A stretch of DNA of 51,429 bases from a bacterium (GTDB lineage Bacteria; Zhuqueibacterota; Zhuqueibacteria; Oceanimicrobiales; Oceanimicrobiaceae). Of the stretch, positions 38,919 to 47,966 are shown one piece after another. The translations under genes and the position numbers were made by a program. Position 1 is the stretch's first letter. Each line of letters begins with the position of its first letter. The notes under the pieces are model-generated. The model was not told where the DNA came from, did no database searches, and saw only the letters and a list, made by a program, of their open reading frames with translations. The stretch is taken from contig JBHHYI010000008.1 in assembly GCA_046757525.1 (NCBI GenBank), forward strand, positions 1-51,429. Direction: 5' to 3'.

Positions 38919-39725
38919 ATGATCAAGAGAATGGTCATCTCCTTAGGGTTGGCGATCTTCTGCTTCTTTTTCCTCTTTGGGCAAAGTACATTTGCCCAGG
39001 TGTCAAAGAAGGGCTATCGTTCCATTGAGCTGCTGCATAAAGGCCACATTCGGGGCAAGGTGCGTTATACCGGACCTGCAATGGAGCTGCCAGAGATCGA
39101 AATAACGAAGGATCCGAACGTCTGCGGTTCCCAACCACGCAAGCTCAAAGCCATCGACATCAGCGGCGACGGTGCGCTGAGAAATGCCGTTGTTTACATT
39201 GCTGACATCACGAGAGGGAAGCCCTTCAGCCCGGTGGCCGGGCCGCCTGTGCTGGAGCAAAAGGGGTGTGCCTACTACCCACATGTTCAAGTAGTACCAG
39301 GACGTTCTACCCTGAAGATTGTCAACGAGGATAAGCTCTGGCATAACGTGCACGCTTATCTTTTTCCTTATGATACCCAATTCGTGCTCTATCCAAGCAG
39401 TCTACCCGGCGGAGGCAGGACTTTATTCAATGCGGCTATGCTGAAGTTCGTAAAAAAGATTTTCCGGGATTTGCCTGAGAAAGGAATTGTTAAATTCATG
39501 TGTGATGCCGGCCACACCTGGATGACTGCCTACATAGTCCTTGCCGAACACCCGTACTTCGCAAAAGTGGACCAGGACGGTCGTTTTGAGCTCAAGGACG
39601 TCCCGGTGGGTACCTATGAATTGGCTGTGTGGCACGAATACTTCGGCACCAAGACCAAAGACATTGAAATCTTCGATAACACGTATACGAGGGTTGATTT
39701 TGTGTACAAGCAAGGTAGCGAGTAA
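38919..39725 (+). CDS. Second periplasmic cupredoxin-like protein
   Basis: Signal peptide; HNVH and CDAGHTWM; same C-terminal DG.F.L.DVP.G.Y.L.VWH. Confidence 0.75.
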   Translation: MIKRMVISLGLAIFCFFFLFGQSTFAQVSKKGYRSIELLHKGHIRGKVRYTGPAMELPEIEITKDPNVCGSQPRKLKAIDISGDGALRNAVVYIADITRGKPFSPVAGPPVLEQKGCAYYPHVQVVPGRSTLKIVNEDKLWHNVHAYLFPYDTQFVLYPSSLPGGGRTLFNAAMLKFVKKIFRDLPEKGIVKFMCDAGHTWMTAYIVLAEHPYFAKVDQDGRFELKDVPVGTYELAVWHEYFGTKTKDIEIFDNTYTRVDFVYKQGSE

Positions 39726-41590
39726 TGACGACACAACCCGTCAACGCCGAGTGGCTCAAGAAGAACTTCCCCTGCTACTGGGCCTGTCCAGTGCACACGG
39801 AGGCTGGACGATATGTGAATCTGATTGCTCAAGGACGGTTTGAGGAGGCTTACCGGGTTGCCAGGGCGCCCAATCCCTTTGCCTCCATTTGCGGAAGGAT
39901 TTGCGCGGCGCCATGTGAAACCGCCTGCCGCCGGGGTGAGTTGGACAAGCCCATCTCTATTCGCGCGTTGAAACGCTTTGTCTGCGAACGCTATGGCGTC
40001 GAGAGCATGATCGACATCACCAGGATTTATGAAGCGCTGGGACCCAGAATCAAGCCAAAGAACAAGTGGGTGGCAGTCATCGGCGCGGGACCGGGCGGCA
40101 TGTCCTGTGCTCACGATCTTGCGCTTCTGGGATACAAGGTCACCGTGTTCGAAAAGCAAGCTATCCCGGGTGGCATGCTGACGCTGGGTGTGCCAGAGTA
40201 TCGATTGCCGCGGGAGCTGGTACGCATGGAAATCAATGCCATTCTCAGCCTCGGTGTGGAGCTCAAACTGGGGAAAGCGCTGGGCCGCGACTTTACCTTG
40301 CAGGACTTGAAAGACAATGGCTACGAAGCCATTTTTCTGGCAATCGGTGCACACAAGAGTCGCGACCTGCAAATAGAAGGGGTCGGGCTCGACGGCGTTC
40401 TGCGGGCTGTGGATTTTCTCCTGAACATCAACATGGGCTACAAAGCCGATTTGGGTGAAAAGATCGTGGTCATCGGCGGAGGCAACGTAGCCATCGACGT
40501 GGCGCGCACAGCAGCACGGCAGGAGCGAATCGAAGAGGTGGCTTCTGACATCACCGCGGCGTTGGACGTGGCCCGGTCTGCTGTGCGGTTTGGAGCCAAA
40601 GAAGTGCACATGGTGGTCTTGGAGTCGCGCGAAGAGATGCCGGCTTCCGAGGAAGAAATTGACGAGGCCCTGGAGGAACGCATTCACATTCACAACTCTT
40701 TAGGGCCTAACCGAATACTGGGCGCAAACGGCCAGGTCACGGGACTGGAGACGGTCAGATGTGTCTCGGTGTTTGATGAGAACGGCCGCTTCAATCCGAA
40801 ATTTGCCCCGGGAACTGAAGAAGTCATAGAGGCAGATTCCATCATCATGGCCACCGGTCAGACTTCCGATCTGTCGTTCTTGCGACCGGAAGACGGCGTC
40901 GAGGTGACGCCACGCAACACCATAAAAGTCGAACGAGGCACATTAGCGACCACCGCACCGGGCATCTATGCAGGAGGTGATGTCAGCTTCGGCCCACGGA
41001 TCGCCATCGATGCCGTCGCAGACGGCAGACGTGCTGCCCGCTCCATCGACGAATATCTTACTGGAAGAAAACAGGAGGAGAAAAGAGTCTCGATCACGAA
41101 GTACGACTCCTTTGAGTACGAACAACAACCCGAGTTTGAAAAAGTAGATCGCGTTCCAATCCCGACTCTGCCAATCGACCGAAGGGTTGGCGTGGCACAG
41201 GTAGAATTAGGATATTCTGAAGCAGAGGCGGTCCTGGAAGCCAAACGCTGTTTGCGCTGCTGGATTAACACGGTGTTTGAGGGACGGGAGGCCACGGGTT
41301 CCGAATGCATTCTCTGTGGGGGTTGTGCCGACATTTGTCCCGAGAACTGCATCGAGCTGGTCTCTTTGCGGCGCCTGGTTTCCGACCCAGAAGCCATGCG
41401 CGCGTTAGAACAGTCAGAAGATTTCTTGTTAGGCCGCGGCCAAACGAGCAGCGGTGAAGCCTTCGAAGGCGCCGTCATGTTGAAGGATGAAACCATTTGC
41501 ATTCGCTGCGGGCTTTGTGCGAAACGTTGTCCCGTCCAGTGCATTTCAATGCAAGGATTTGAAATTGAGGAAAGAGTGGCTTATGAGTAA
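39725..41590 (+). CDS. Cytoplasmic FAD/[4Fe-4S] NAD(P)H oxidoreductase (GltD/NfnB/DsrL-like) with C-terminal 2x[4Fe-4S] ferredoxin
   Basis: CYWACP, CGRIC..PCE.AC, GAGPGG, GGGNVAID, GGD, RCLRC, CILCGGCADICP, CIRCGLCAKRCP; no signal peptide. Confidence 0.9.
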   Translation: MTTQPVNAEWLKKNFPCYWACPVHTEAGRYVNLIAQGRFEEAYRVARAPNPFASICGRICAAPCETACRRGELDKPISIRALKRFVCERYGVESMIDITRIYEALGPRIKPKNKWVAVIGAGPGGMSCAHDLALLGYKVTVFEKQAIPGGMLTLGVPEYRLPRELVRMEINAILSLGVELKLGKALGRDFTLQDLKDNGYEAIFLAIGAHKSRDLQIEGVGLDGVLRAVDFLLNINMGYKADLGEKIVVIGGGNVAIDVARTAARQERIEEVASDITAALDVARSAVRFGAKEVHMVVLESREEMPASEEEIDEALEERIHIHNSLGPNRILGANGQVTGLETVRCVSVFDENGRFNPKFAPGTEEVIEADSIIMATGQTSDLSFLRPEDGVEVTPRNTIKVERGTLATTAPGIYAGGDVSFGPRIAIDAVADGRRAARSIDEYLTGRKQEEKRVSITKYDSFEYEQQPEFEKVDRVPIPTLPIDRRVGVAQVELGYSEAEAVLEAKRCLRCWINTVFEGREATGSECILCGGCADICPENCIELVSLRRLVSDPEAMRALEQSEDFLLGRGQTSSGEAFEGAVMLKDETICIRCGLCAKRCPVQCISMQGFEIEERVAYE

Positions 41591-42077
41591 GAACAAAAAG
41601 GACGACAAGTCGGGCCCGAGCAAACGGGTCACGCGACGAGAATTCTTAAACACTCTGGGTACCGGTGCGCTGGTTGTCAGCGGATTGGGGGCGGCGGGCG
41701 TGACCTGGGATTATCTTTCCCCAAATGTGTTGTTCGAGCCACCGTTGAGGTTTAGAGTTGGCAAGCCAGAAGATTACACGCCAGGTACGGTGACTTTAAA
41801 TGCAGAAAGGAAGGTTTTCGTCGTGCGGGATGCGCAGGGTTTCTTTTATTGCCTGACTGCGGTGTGCACCCACTTGGGTTGCCTGACCTTCTGGAAAGGC
41901 GATGAGAACCGTATTGCTTGTCCCTGTCACGGCAGCCGCTTCTCGCGACACGGGGATGTGATTCGCGGACCTGCACCAAGAGCCTTGCCGCACTTTCGCA
42001 TCAAGCTGGACGATCGAGGGGAGTTGATTGTCGACAAAAACGAAATCGTTAGCGAAGATTACATCTTGAAGGTGTGA
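41583..42077 (+). CDS. qcrA: Rieske [2Fe-2S] subunit of a Rieske/cytochrome b complex
   Basis: Tat signal TRREFL plus TM, CTHLGC, CPCHGS, GPAPRAL; start ATG 41583. Confidence 0.93.
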   Translation: MSKNKKDDKSGPSKRVTRREFLNTLGTGALVVSGLGAAGVTWDYLSPNVLFEPPLRFRVGKPEDYTPGTVTLNAERKVFVVRDAQGFFYCLTAVCTHLGCLTFWKGDENRIACPCHGSRFSRHGDVIRGPAPRALPHFRIKLDDRGELIVDKNEIVSEDYILKV

Positions 42078-42841
42078 ATGTCATGGCAAACCACATTAAG
42101 AACTTATTCGTTCAATCCAAGGCCTGGAAATCGATTTTCAGAACCGGTGTCCCAAGGTCCAACCTGGACCGGTCGTATTTGATATTCAACAATCTATTCT
42201 TACACATTTTTCCGGTTAAGGTCAAGCGAACTTCCCTGGCTTTCAAAGCAACATATTTCCTGGGGGTTACCGCTTTTGCCTTGTTTGTCATCCTCGTGGT
42301 CACGGGAATTTACTTGATGCTCTATTACCACCCCTCGATCCCGCAGGCTTACCAAGACATGAAGGATTTGGAGTTTGTCGTGTCCAGTGGCCGCTTCATT
42401 CGCAATATGCACCGTTGGGCAGCCCACGGCATGGTCGCAGTGGTTTTTCTCCATCTCTTGCGGGTTTTCTACGCTGGAGCTTACCGGCCTCCCAAACAGT
42501 TTAACTGGGTCGTTGGCGTGGTGTTGTTTCTACTAACCTTGTTGCTTAGTTACACCGGCTACTTGCTGCCATGGGATCAGTTGGCCTTGTGGGGCATATC
42601 GGTAGGTACGAACATGCTGGGCTACGCGCCTTTGATCGGAAAAAAGTTCAGGTTTCTACTTCTGGGAGGAAACATTGTTTCCGAAAACGCCTTGCTGCGA
42701 TTCTACGTTCTCCATGTTCTGGTCTTACCTTTGTTTATGACGATTCTAATTGGCATCCATTTCTGGCGGGTGCGAAAAGACGGCGGAATCACACCTTTGG
42801 CCAAAAGCGAGACGGAAGTGCACAAAAAAGAAGGTCGATAA
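42074..42841 (+). CDS. qcrB: Cytochrome b, N-terminal b6-like half
   Basis: [27 protein letters not shown]14-H. Confidence 0.93.
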   Translation: MNVMANHIKNLFVQSKAWKSIFRTGVPRSNLDRSYLIFNNLFLHIFPVKVKRTSLAFKATYFLGVTAFALFVILVVTGIYLMLYYHPSIPQAYQDMKDLEFVVSSGRFIRNMHRWAAHGMVAVVFLHLLRVFYAGAYRPPKQFNWVVGVVLFLLTLLLSYTGYLLPWDQLALWGISVGTNMLGYAPLIGKKFRFLLLGGNIVSENALLRFYVLHVLVLPLFMTILIGIHFWRVRKDGGITPLAKSETEVHKKEGR

Positions 42842-42844
42842 ACC

Positions 42845-43549
42845 ATGAATCAAAACCCGGATTTTAAACTCGAAGAAATCGTTGAGCCTGCAAAAGTGCC
42901 AAAGCGGGTAGCATTCATAAAAAAGGACACCAGCGCCCTGGTTAAGGAGACGGAAGAAGACTTGGTGATGAGTTACCCGGATCTCCTGCTGCGGCTGCTC
43001 ATCGGTTTTGAGATTCTGTTAATTGTTTTAGCGATCATTTCTCTTTTACTTAATGCGCCGTTGGAAGAGCTGGCCAATCCTCAACATACGCCCAATCCGG
43101 CGAAGGCGCCCTGGTATTTTCTCGGTCTCCAGGAAATGTTGCACCTGTTTCCACCACTGGTGGCAGGGGTGCTGATTCCCACTCTTGTGGTCATTGCCCT
43201 CATCGTGATTCCTTACTTTGAGATCAACCTCAAGCGCGAGGGGCTTTGGCGCGAGAATCAACGGACTACCCTGACCTGGCTGACTGCCATCACCCTGGTC
43301 ATGATTGTGGTGCTGTCGTTTTTCGAGGCTTTTGCGATCATCATTCCGACGGCTGTCCTCTATGCCTTCATGATCTTGCCCTATGTCACTGGGAAAGAAA
43401 CGGGTTTTATAGGCAGGTTAGGCCGTCTTTCCCTGGCAGAGTGGATCATGACCTGGTTCGTTCTGGTCGCCACTATCTTGACAATCATTGGAACCTTATT
43501 TCGCGGTCCGGGCTGGGAATGGACCTGGCCCTGGCAAGGAATCTATTAA
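42845..43549 (+). CDS. Cytochrome b subunit IV-like half
   Basis: ANP..TPNPAKAPWYFLGLQE (PEWY-equivalent), LTIIGT.FRGPGW. Confidence 0.88.
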   Translation: MNQNPDFKLEEIVEPAKVPKRVAFIKKDTSALVKETEEDLVMSYPDLLLRLLIGFEILLIVLAIISLLLNAPLEELANPQHTPNPAKAPWYFLGLQEMLHLFPPLVAGVLIPTLVVIALIVIPYFEINLKREGLWRENQRTTLTWLTAITLVMIVVLSFFEAFAIIIPTAVLYAFMILPYVTGKETGFIGRLGRLSLAEWIMTWFVLVATILTIIGTLFRGPGWEWTWPWQGIY

Positions 43550-43560
43550 ACGCAAATGGA

Positions 43561-45525
43561 ATGACGATGGAGACAGGCGAATTAAACAAATGGTACGGAA
43601 TTGCGAGTCTGGTTTTCTTAGTGGTGCTGGCAATCTCACCTGCCAAAGACTACTTCAGGCAGTGGCGGCACTATCAGAAAGAATACAACAAACTGTTGTT
43701 GGCCCAACCCAAACGGAAGAAACCCGTGCCCATTGGCATTAAGCAGATTTGGAATAAGAAATTGGATCGGGTAGACCGCTGTACCTCCTGCCACCTGGGC
43801 GTTGAGGAAAGGGATTTGGTTGGAGCTAAGCAGCCGTACACGCCGCATCCGCGCGTCTACCACGATTTGAATGAGTTCGGGTGTACGATTTGTCACGACG
43901 GGCAAGGGCTTGCAACGAGCAAAGAAAAGGCCCACGACGGGCGGCCTTATTGGGAGGAACCGTTGTTGCCGCGAGAATACCTGGAAGCCTCTTGCGGAAA
44001 ATGCCACAAAGAAGAAGTTGTGCCCCGAGCACCCGTGCTGACTTTGGGTCGAACGCTGATCAAAAAATATAATTGCGCGGGCTGCCACAGAATTGGAGAG
44101 GTAACCAAAGAATACGCTCCCCGCCTGGACGGCATCGGTGACAAAACGAATCGAAGCTGGTTGGTGCGCTGGCTAAAAGATCCCAAGGCTTTTCGACCGG
44201 AAACCAGGATGCCCGACTTTAAACTCAGTGACGAAGAGGCAAATCTTCTGGCTGATTTTCTTATGACCTTCAAAAGCTACCCCAACGGGAAAAAGCTCAG
44301 CACGGTACCGGCTGAGTTGCAGCAAGAATATCCTCCCGACGATTGGGTTGATGCCGGAAAAGCTAAGTTCAGGCAAGCACGTTGCATTAGTTGCCACTTG
44401 GTGGAAGGCAAAGGTGGGCCGCTGGCACCGGATTTAGCGAAAATAGCAAGCAAGGCCCGGCCAGCCTGGTTGGTTGCTTATCTACTGGACCCAAAAGGAT
44501 TTCAGCCCGAAGTGAAGATGCCTCAGTACGGGTTTACACGAGAAGAAGCCCAGAGGGTCACGGCCTACATGAAGAGCGAATTCGTGGACTGGGATGCCCC
44601 GGAGGACACCACCGAACACATCCCGGAAGCGAACTTTTATGAAAAGGGACTCAAGCTGTTCAACCAGTACAATTGCGGCGGTTGCCACCAGCTAACCGGC
44701 ATTCCAAAGGTGGAAAACATGGGTCCGGATCTCTCCGACATTGGAGACCGGCATCTGTACCAATTGGAGTTCGGCAGTACGGACATTCCCCGTACTCTGC
44801 CTAATTACATTTATAACAAATTGGCCAATCCGCGCCAGTTTGTGCAGACGGCGAGAATGCCGCAGTTCAATTTCAGTGAAGAACAATTACAGGCCATTAC
44901 CACCGCGTTGCTGGCTGTTACCCAGGAAAAGTTGCCATCGCAGTTCACGGTTCAACCAGAGCCTCAAAGCCCCTTCGACCCGCAGGGCGACTTTGGGCGT
45001 ATTGTTGACAAGTATTCTTGCTTTTCCTGCCATGTCATCAATGGTCGCGGATTTCGCCTGGCGACGGACCTGACGAAAGAAGGGAGTCAAACCCAGAGGG
45101 ACTGGCTGAAGCAATATTTTAGGATACCCTACTCCATGCGTCCCATTCTTACCGAACGCATGCCTAATCTGTTCATGCCCGAGAAGGACATCACAACTGT
45201 GGTGGACTATTTCAACCTGGCGCTGCGTGATGATGAAATTGACTCGGTGGCGATTCCCTTAAACGACGCCCGGTTGGTCGACAGAGGTCGTGACCTGTTT
45301 TTCGAAAAATATGGTTGTCAAGCCTGCCATCAGGTGCAAGGTAAGGGGGGGTACGTGGGACCGTTGCTGGACCGCACCGGAGATCGACTCACGGCAGGCT
45401 GGGTTTATCGCTGGATCAAGAATCCCCAAGAGTACAAAGCCGATACCATCGATCCCACTTCCGGCATGTCCGACGACGAGGCCCGTGCGGTCACCGCTTA
45501 CTTAATGAGTTTGAAGGGAGAATGA
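43561..45525 (+). CDS. Membrane-anchored octaheme cytochrome c
   Basis: CTSCH, CTICH, CGKCH, CAGCH, CISCH, CGGCH, CFSCH, CQACH; N-terminal TM; start 43561 or 43567. Confidence 0.9.
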   Translation: MTMETGELNKWYGIASLVFLVVLAISPAKDYFRQWRHYQKEYNKLLLAQPKRKKPVPIGIKQIWNKKLDRVDRCTSCHLGVEERDLVGAKQPYTPHPRVYHDLNEFGCTICHDGQGLATSKEKAHDGRPYWEEPLLPREYLEASCGKCHKEEVVPRAPVLTLGRTLIKKYNCAGCHRIGEVTKEYAPRLDGIGDKTNRSWLVRWLKDPKAFRPETRMPDFKLSDEEANLLADFLMTFKSYPNGKKLSTVPAELQQEYPPDDWVDAGKAKFRQARCISCHLVEGKGGPLAPDLAKIASKARPAWLVAYLLDPKGFQPEVKMPQYGFTREEAQRVTAYMKSEFVDWDAPEDTTEHIPEANFYEKGLKLFNQYNCGGCHQLTGIPKVENMGPDLSDIGDRHLYQLEFGSTDIPRTLPNYIYNKLANPRQFVQTARMPQFNFSEEQLQAITTALLAVTQEKLPSQFTVQPEPQSPFDPQGDFGRIVDKYSCFSCHVINGRGFRLATDLTKEGSQTQRDWLKQYFRIPYSMRPILTERMPNLFMPEKDITTVVDYFNLALRDDEIDSVAIPLNDARLVDRGRDLFFEKYGCQACHQVQGKGGYVGPLLDRTGDRLTAGWVYRWIKNPQEYKADTIDPTSGMSDDEARAVTAYLMSLKGE

Positions 45526-45531
45526 AAAACC

Positions 45532-45981
45532 ATGCCAAAGCTCTGGAATTTAGCACTATTTACTTCTTTAACCCTCGCTTTATCCTGTGGTGGAAAGGAG
45601 GCATTGGTTTCGGGCAAGAATGCACCGGTGGACACTGTGACCGTGGCGCAAGAAGAAGTTCAAACCAAGGAGGTTACTCCGTTGTTGGACTTGACTTACG
45701 CCGAACGTAAAGGCAAACGCCTGTACGACAAGTATTGTGCCATCTGTCATGGCAGTAAGGGCGAAGGGGACGGATTTAATGCCTACAATTTGAATCCGCG
45801 TCCAAAAGATTTTACTCAGGAGGGGTACTTTTCCGGCATAACCGACGCCTGGCTCTTCGAGGTCATTAGCCAGGGAGGGCGCGGTGTGAAGCGCTCCATT
45901 CTGATGCCTTCCTACGAGAACACGTTGAGCAGGCAGCAAATCGAAGATATCGTAGCCTACGTTAGATTTCTTGCGAAGTAG
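45532..45981 (+). CDS. Lipoprotein monoheme cytochrome c
   Basis: Lipobox LALS-C, CAICH, GEGDG..LNPRPKDFT, LMPSY. Confidence 0.88.
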   Translation: MPKLWNLALFTSLTLALSCGGKEALVSGKNAPVDTVTVAQEEVQTKEVTPLLDLTYAERKGKRLYDKYCAICHGSKGEGDGFNAYNLNPRPKDFTQEGYFSGITDAWLFEVISQGGRGVKRSILMPSYENTLSRQQIEDIVAYVRFLAK

Positions 45982-46396
45982 CACGCCGCCAAAGGGTGCG
46001 TAGCTACCTGGCCAACCTTTTGCATCTCCCGCACCACTTCGCTTCTCTTAAGCTGCCCCGATCCCAATCCACATTTGCCATTCCCATAATCAAGAAAAAT
46101 CGCCTATCTTTTCTCAAAAATAGGAAAAGAAGCCAGGCTGGGTCCACAACATAAAAGCTCAATTCGTGCACAGTCAGACCAGGGTGCCCCATCGAACGCG
46201 CTTTTGTGCCTTTCACAACTGCCATCCTCTTGTGCATGAAAAGCAGGTTAGGAGTCTTAACTTCAATAAAAGCAGACCGTAATTCCGAAGTGACAACGCG
46301 GGCAACATCTCAATTCCTCGGGGGGCACGACGCTTCGCGAAACAAACCGGGCTGCTGGAGTCTGGGTTGCCGAGTTGAGGCGTGGTTGGATTTATT

Positions 46397-46412
46397 TGGC
46401 ACGCAGATTGAA
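46397..46412 (+). promoter_or_regulatory. Putative sigma54 promoter
   Basis: TGGCAC-GCAGA-TTGAA, 34 nt upstream of ATG 46447. Confidence 0.55.
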
Positions 46413-46446
46413 CACACTCTAAGGATTAGAGGGGCTTTACCTAATC

Positions 46447-46596
46447 ATGAAATTCTTTTTCAGAAACTGCGCTATCGTCGTACGTCATGGCGGCAGGATC
46501 ACTGTGGCCAGCGAAGTCAGGCAAGGCACCGCCTTCAGTGTGTTTATCCCAAACAACTGCCATGCGCAAAGGGGCCTGAGATGGCGGAGATCTTGA
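46447..46596 (+). pseudogene. Internally deleted histidine kinase (start joined to last HATPase strands)
   Basis: Hand translation MKFFFRNCA-IVVRHGGRITVASEVRQGTAFSVFIP..., 49 aa; overlaps the regulator start. Confidence 0.75.
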
Positions 46597-47966
46597 TAAT
46601 TGATGACGAAGAGAGAATGTTGACCGGTTGTGTCGATATTCTAAAAGGGCTTGGTCATCGTCCGGTTCCAATTGGCAGTGCAGTTCAGGCCATTCGATGC
46701 TTAGAGACGCAGGAATTCGATCTGATTCTTTGTGATCTGTTTATGCCCGACATGGACGGCCTCGAGTTTCTCGAACAAGTCCACCAATTGGTGCCTTTTA
46801 CACCGGTGATCATTCTTACTGCTTACGGTTCCATAGATCGGGCAGTTGCGGCTATGCGCTCCGGCGCCTTTGACTTCATTGAAAAACCGTTTGAAATTGA
46901 GCATCTTAAAATCGCACTGGGCAAGGGACTTCGGCAGCGTGAGTTGTTCCGGGAACGCAAACACCTGCTGCAACAGTTAGAAGACAAATACAGTTTTGAC
47001 CGAATCATAGGTCGCAGTGCGGCCATGCAAAAGGTGTTCGACATGATTTCCAGCGTGGCCCCTACGGATGCAAATGTCGTGATCACGGGGGACAGCGGAA
47101 CCGGCAAAGAGTTGGTTGCTCGCAGCATCCATGCCCATAGTAGGCGCTCTGCCAGACCCTTCATGCCGGTCAACTGCGGCGCCTTGCCCGAACCTCTTTT
47201 CGAAAGCGAGATCTTTGGCTACGAAAAGGGTGCTTTTACCGGAGCAACCGGTCGCCGGGCCGGCCTGCTGGAGCTGGCCAATAGCGGCACTTTTTTTCTG
47301 GACGAAGTTTGTGAGCTTTCAGAAGCGCTCCAGGTAAAACTCTTGCGTGTGCTTCAGGATGGTCAGATCAGAAGGCTATCTGGCGATGAACTCATCGGCG
47401 TGGACGTGCGTTTCATTGCCGCCTCCAACCAAGACCTGGAGTCAGCGGTGAAACTGGGCCGGCTGCGGGAGGACTTCTTCTACCGGCTCAATGTTGTCAG
47501 CATTCATTTGCCGCCTTTGCGCCAACGGCGAGAGGACATCCGATTGCTGGCGGAGCATTTTCTACAGCGCCTTCTAAAAGCGACGCCCAAGAAGATCGTG
47601 GGGTTCCATGAAGAGGTCTTACATTGCTTGGAGAATTACGACTGGCCCGGAAACGTACGAGAACTGGAGAATACGGTCGAACGGGCGGTGGCGCTGACCA
47701 AGACAGAGGAAATCAACCTGTCGGCGTTGCCACCACTAATGCGGCATGACAGGGACAAACCGTGGCCCGGCACAGGGCTTTCACTGGTAGAAGCCAAAAA
47801 CCAGGCGGTCGAGGAAGTCGAGCGCACCTATCTCCTTTCCCTTCTGAAGAAACACCATGGTCACGTCACCCACATGGCTGCGGAAGCCGGCATGACGCGC
47901 CGCAGCTTGCACCGCCTGTTGGCGCGCCACGGACTGTCGGCCGATGCCTGGCGCAGACCCCAGTAG
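46581..47966 (+). CDS. sigma54-dependent response regulator (NtrC family) no. 4
   Basis: MAEILIIDDE REC, GDSGTGKE, GAFTGA, GNVREL, HTH; true start ATG 46581. Confidence 0.93.
   Translation: MAEILIIDDEERMLTGCVDILKGLGHRPVPIGSAVQAIRCLETQEFDLILCDLFMPDMDGLEFLEQVHQLVPFTPVIILTAYGSIDRAVAAMRSGAFDFIEKPFEIEHLKIALGKGLRQRELFRERKHLLQQLEDKYSFDRIIGRSAAMQKVFDMISSVAPTDANVVITGDSGTGKELVARSIHAHSRRSARPFMPVNCGALPEPLFESEIFGYEKGAFTGATGRRAGLLELANSGTFFLDEVCELSEALQVKLLRVLQDGQIRRLSGDELIGVDVRFIAASNQDLESAVKLGRLREDFFYRLNVVSIHLPPLRQRREDIRLLAEHFLQRLLKATPKKIVGFHEEVLHCLENYDWPGNVRELENTVERAVALTKTEEINLSALPPLMRHDRDKPWPGTGLSLVEAKNQAVEEVERTYLLSLLKKHHGHVTHMAAEAGMTRRSLHRLLARHGLSADAWRRPQ

Noticed and set aside
39725..41590. Glutamate synthase small subunit (gltD) or DsrL proper
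   Set aside because: No gltB or dsr genes in the window; it is embedded in the bc operon.
43246..43560. N-terminal extension of the octaheme ORF
   Set aside because: It overlaps the subunit IV gene; the membrane anchor begins after 43561.
46206..46580. 125-aa N-terminal extension of regulator no. 4 in the ORF track
   Set aside because: It spans a sigma54 site and the kinase remnant in another frame; the receiver domain starts at 46581.
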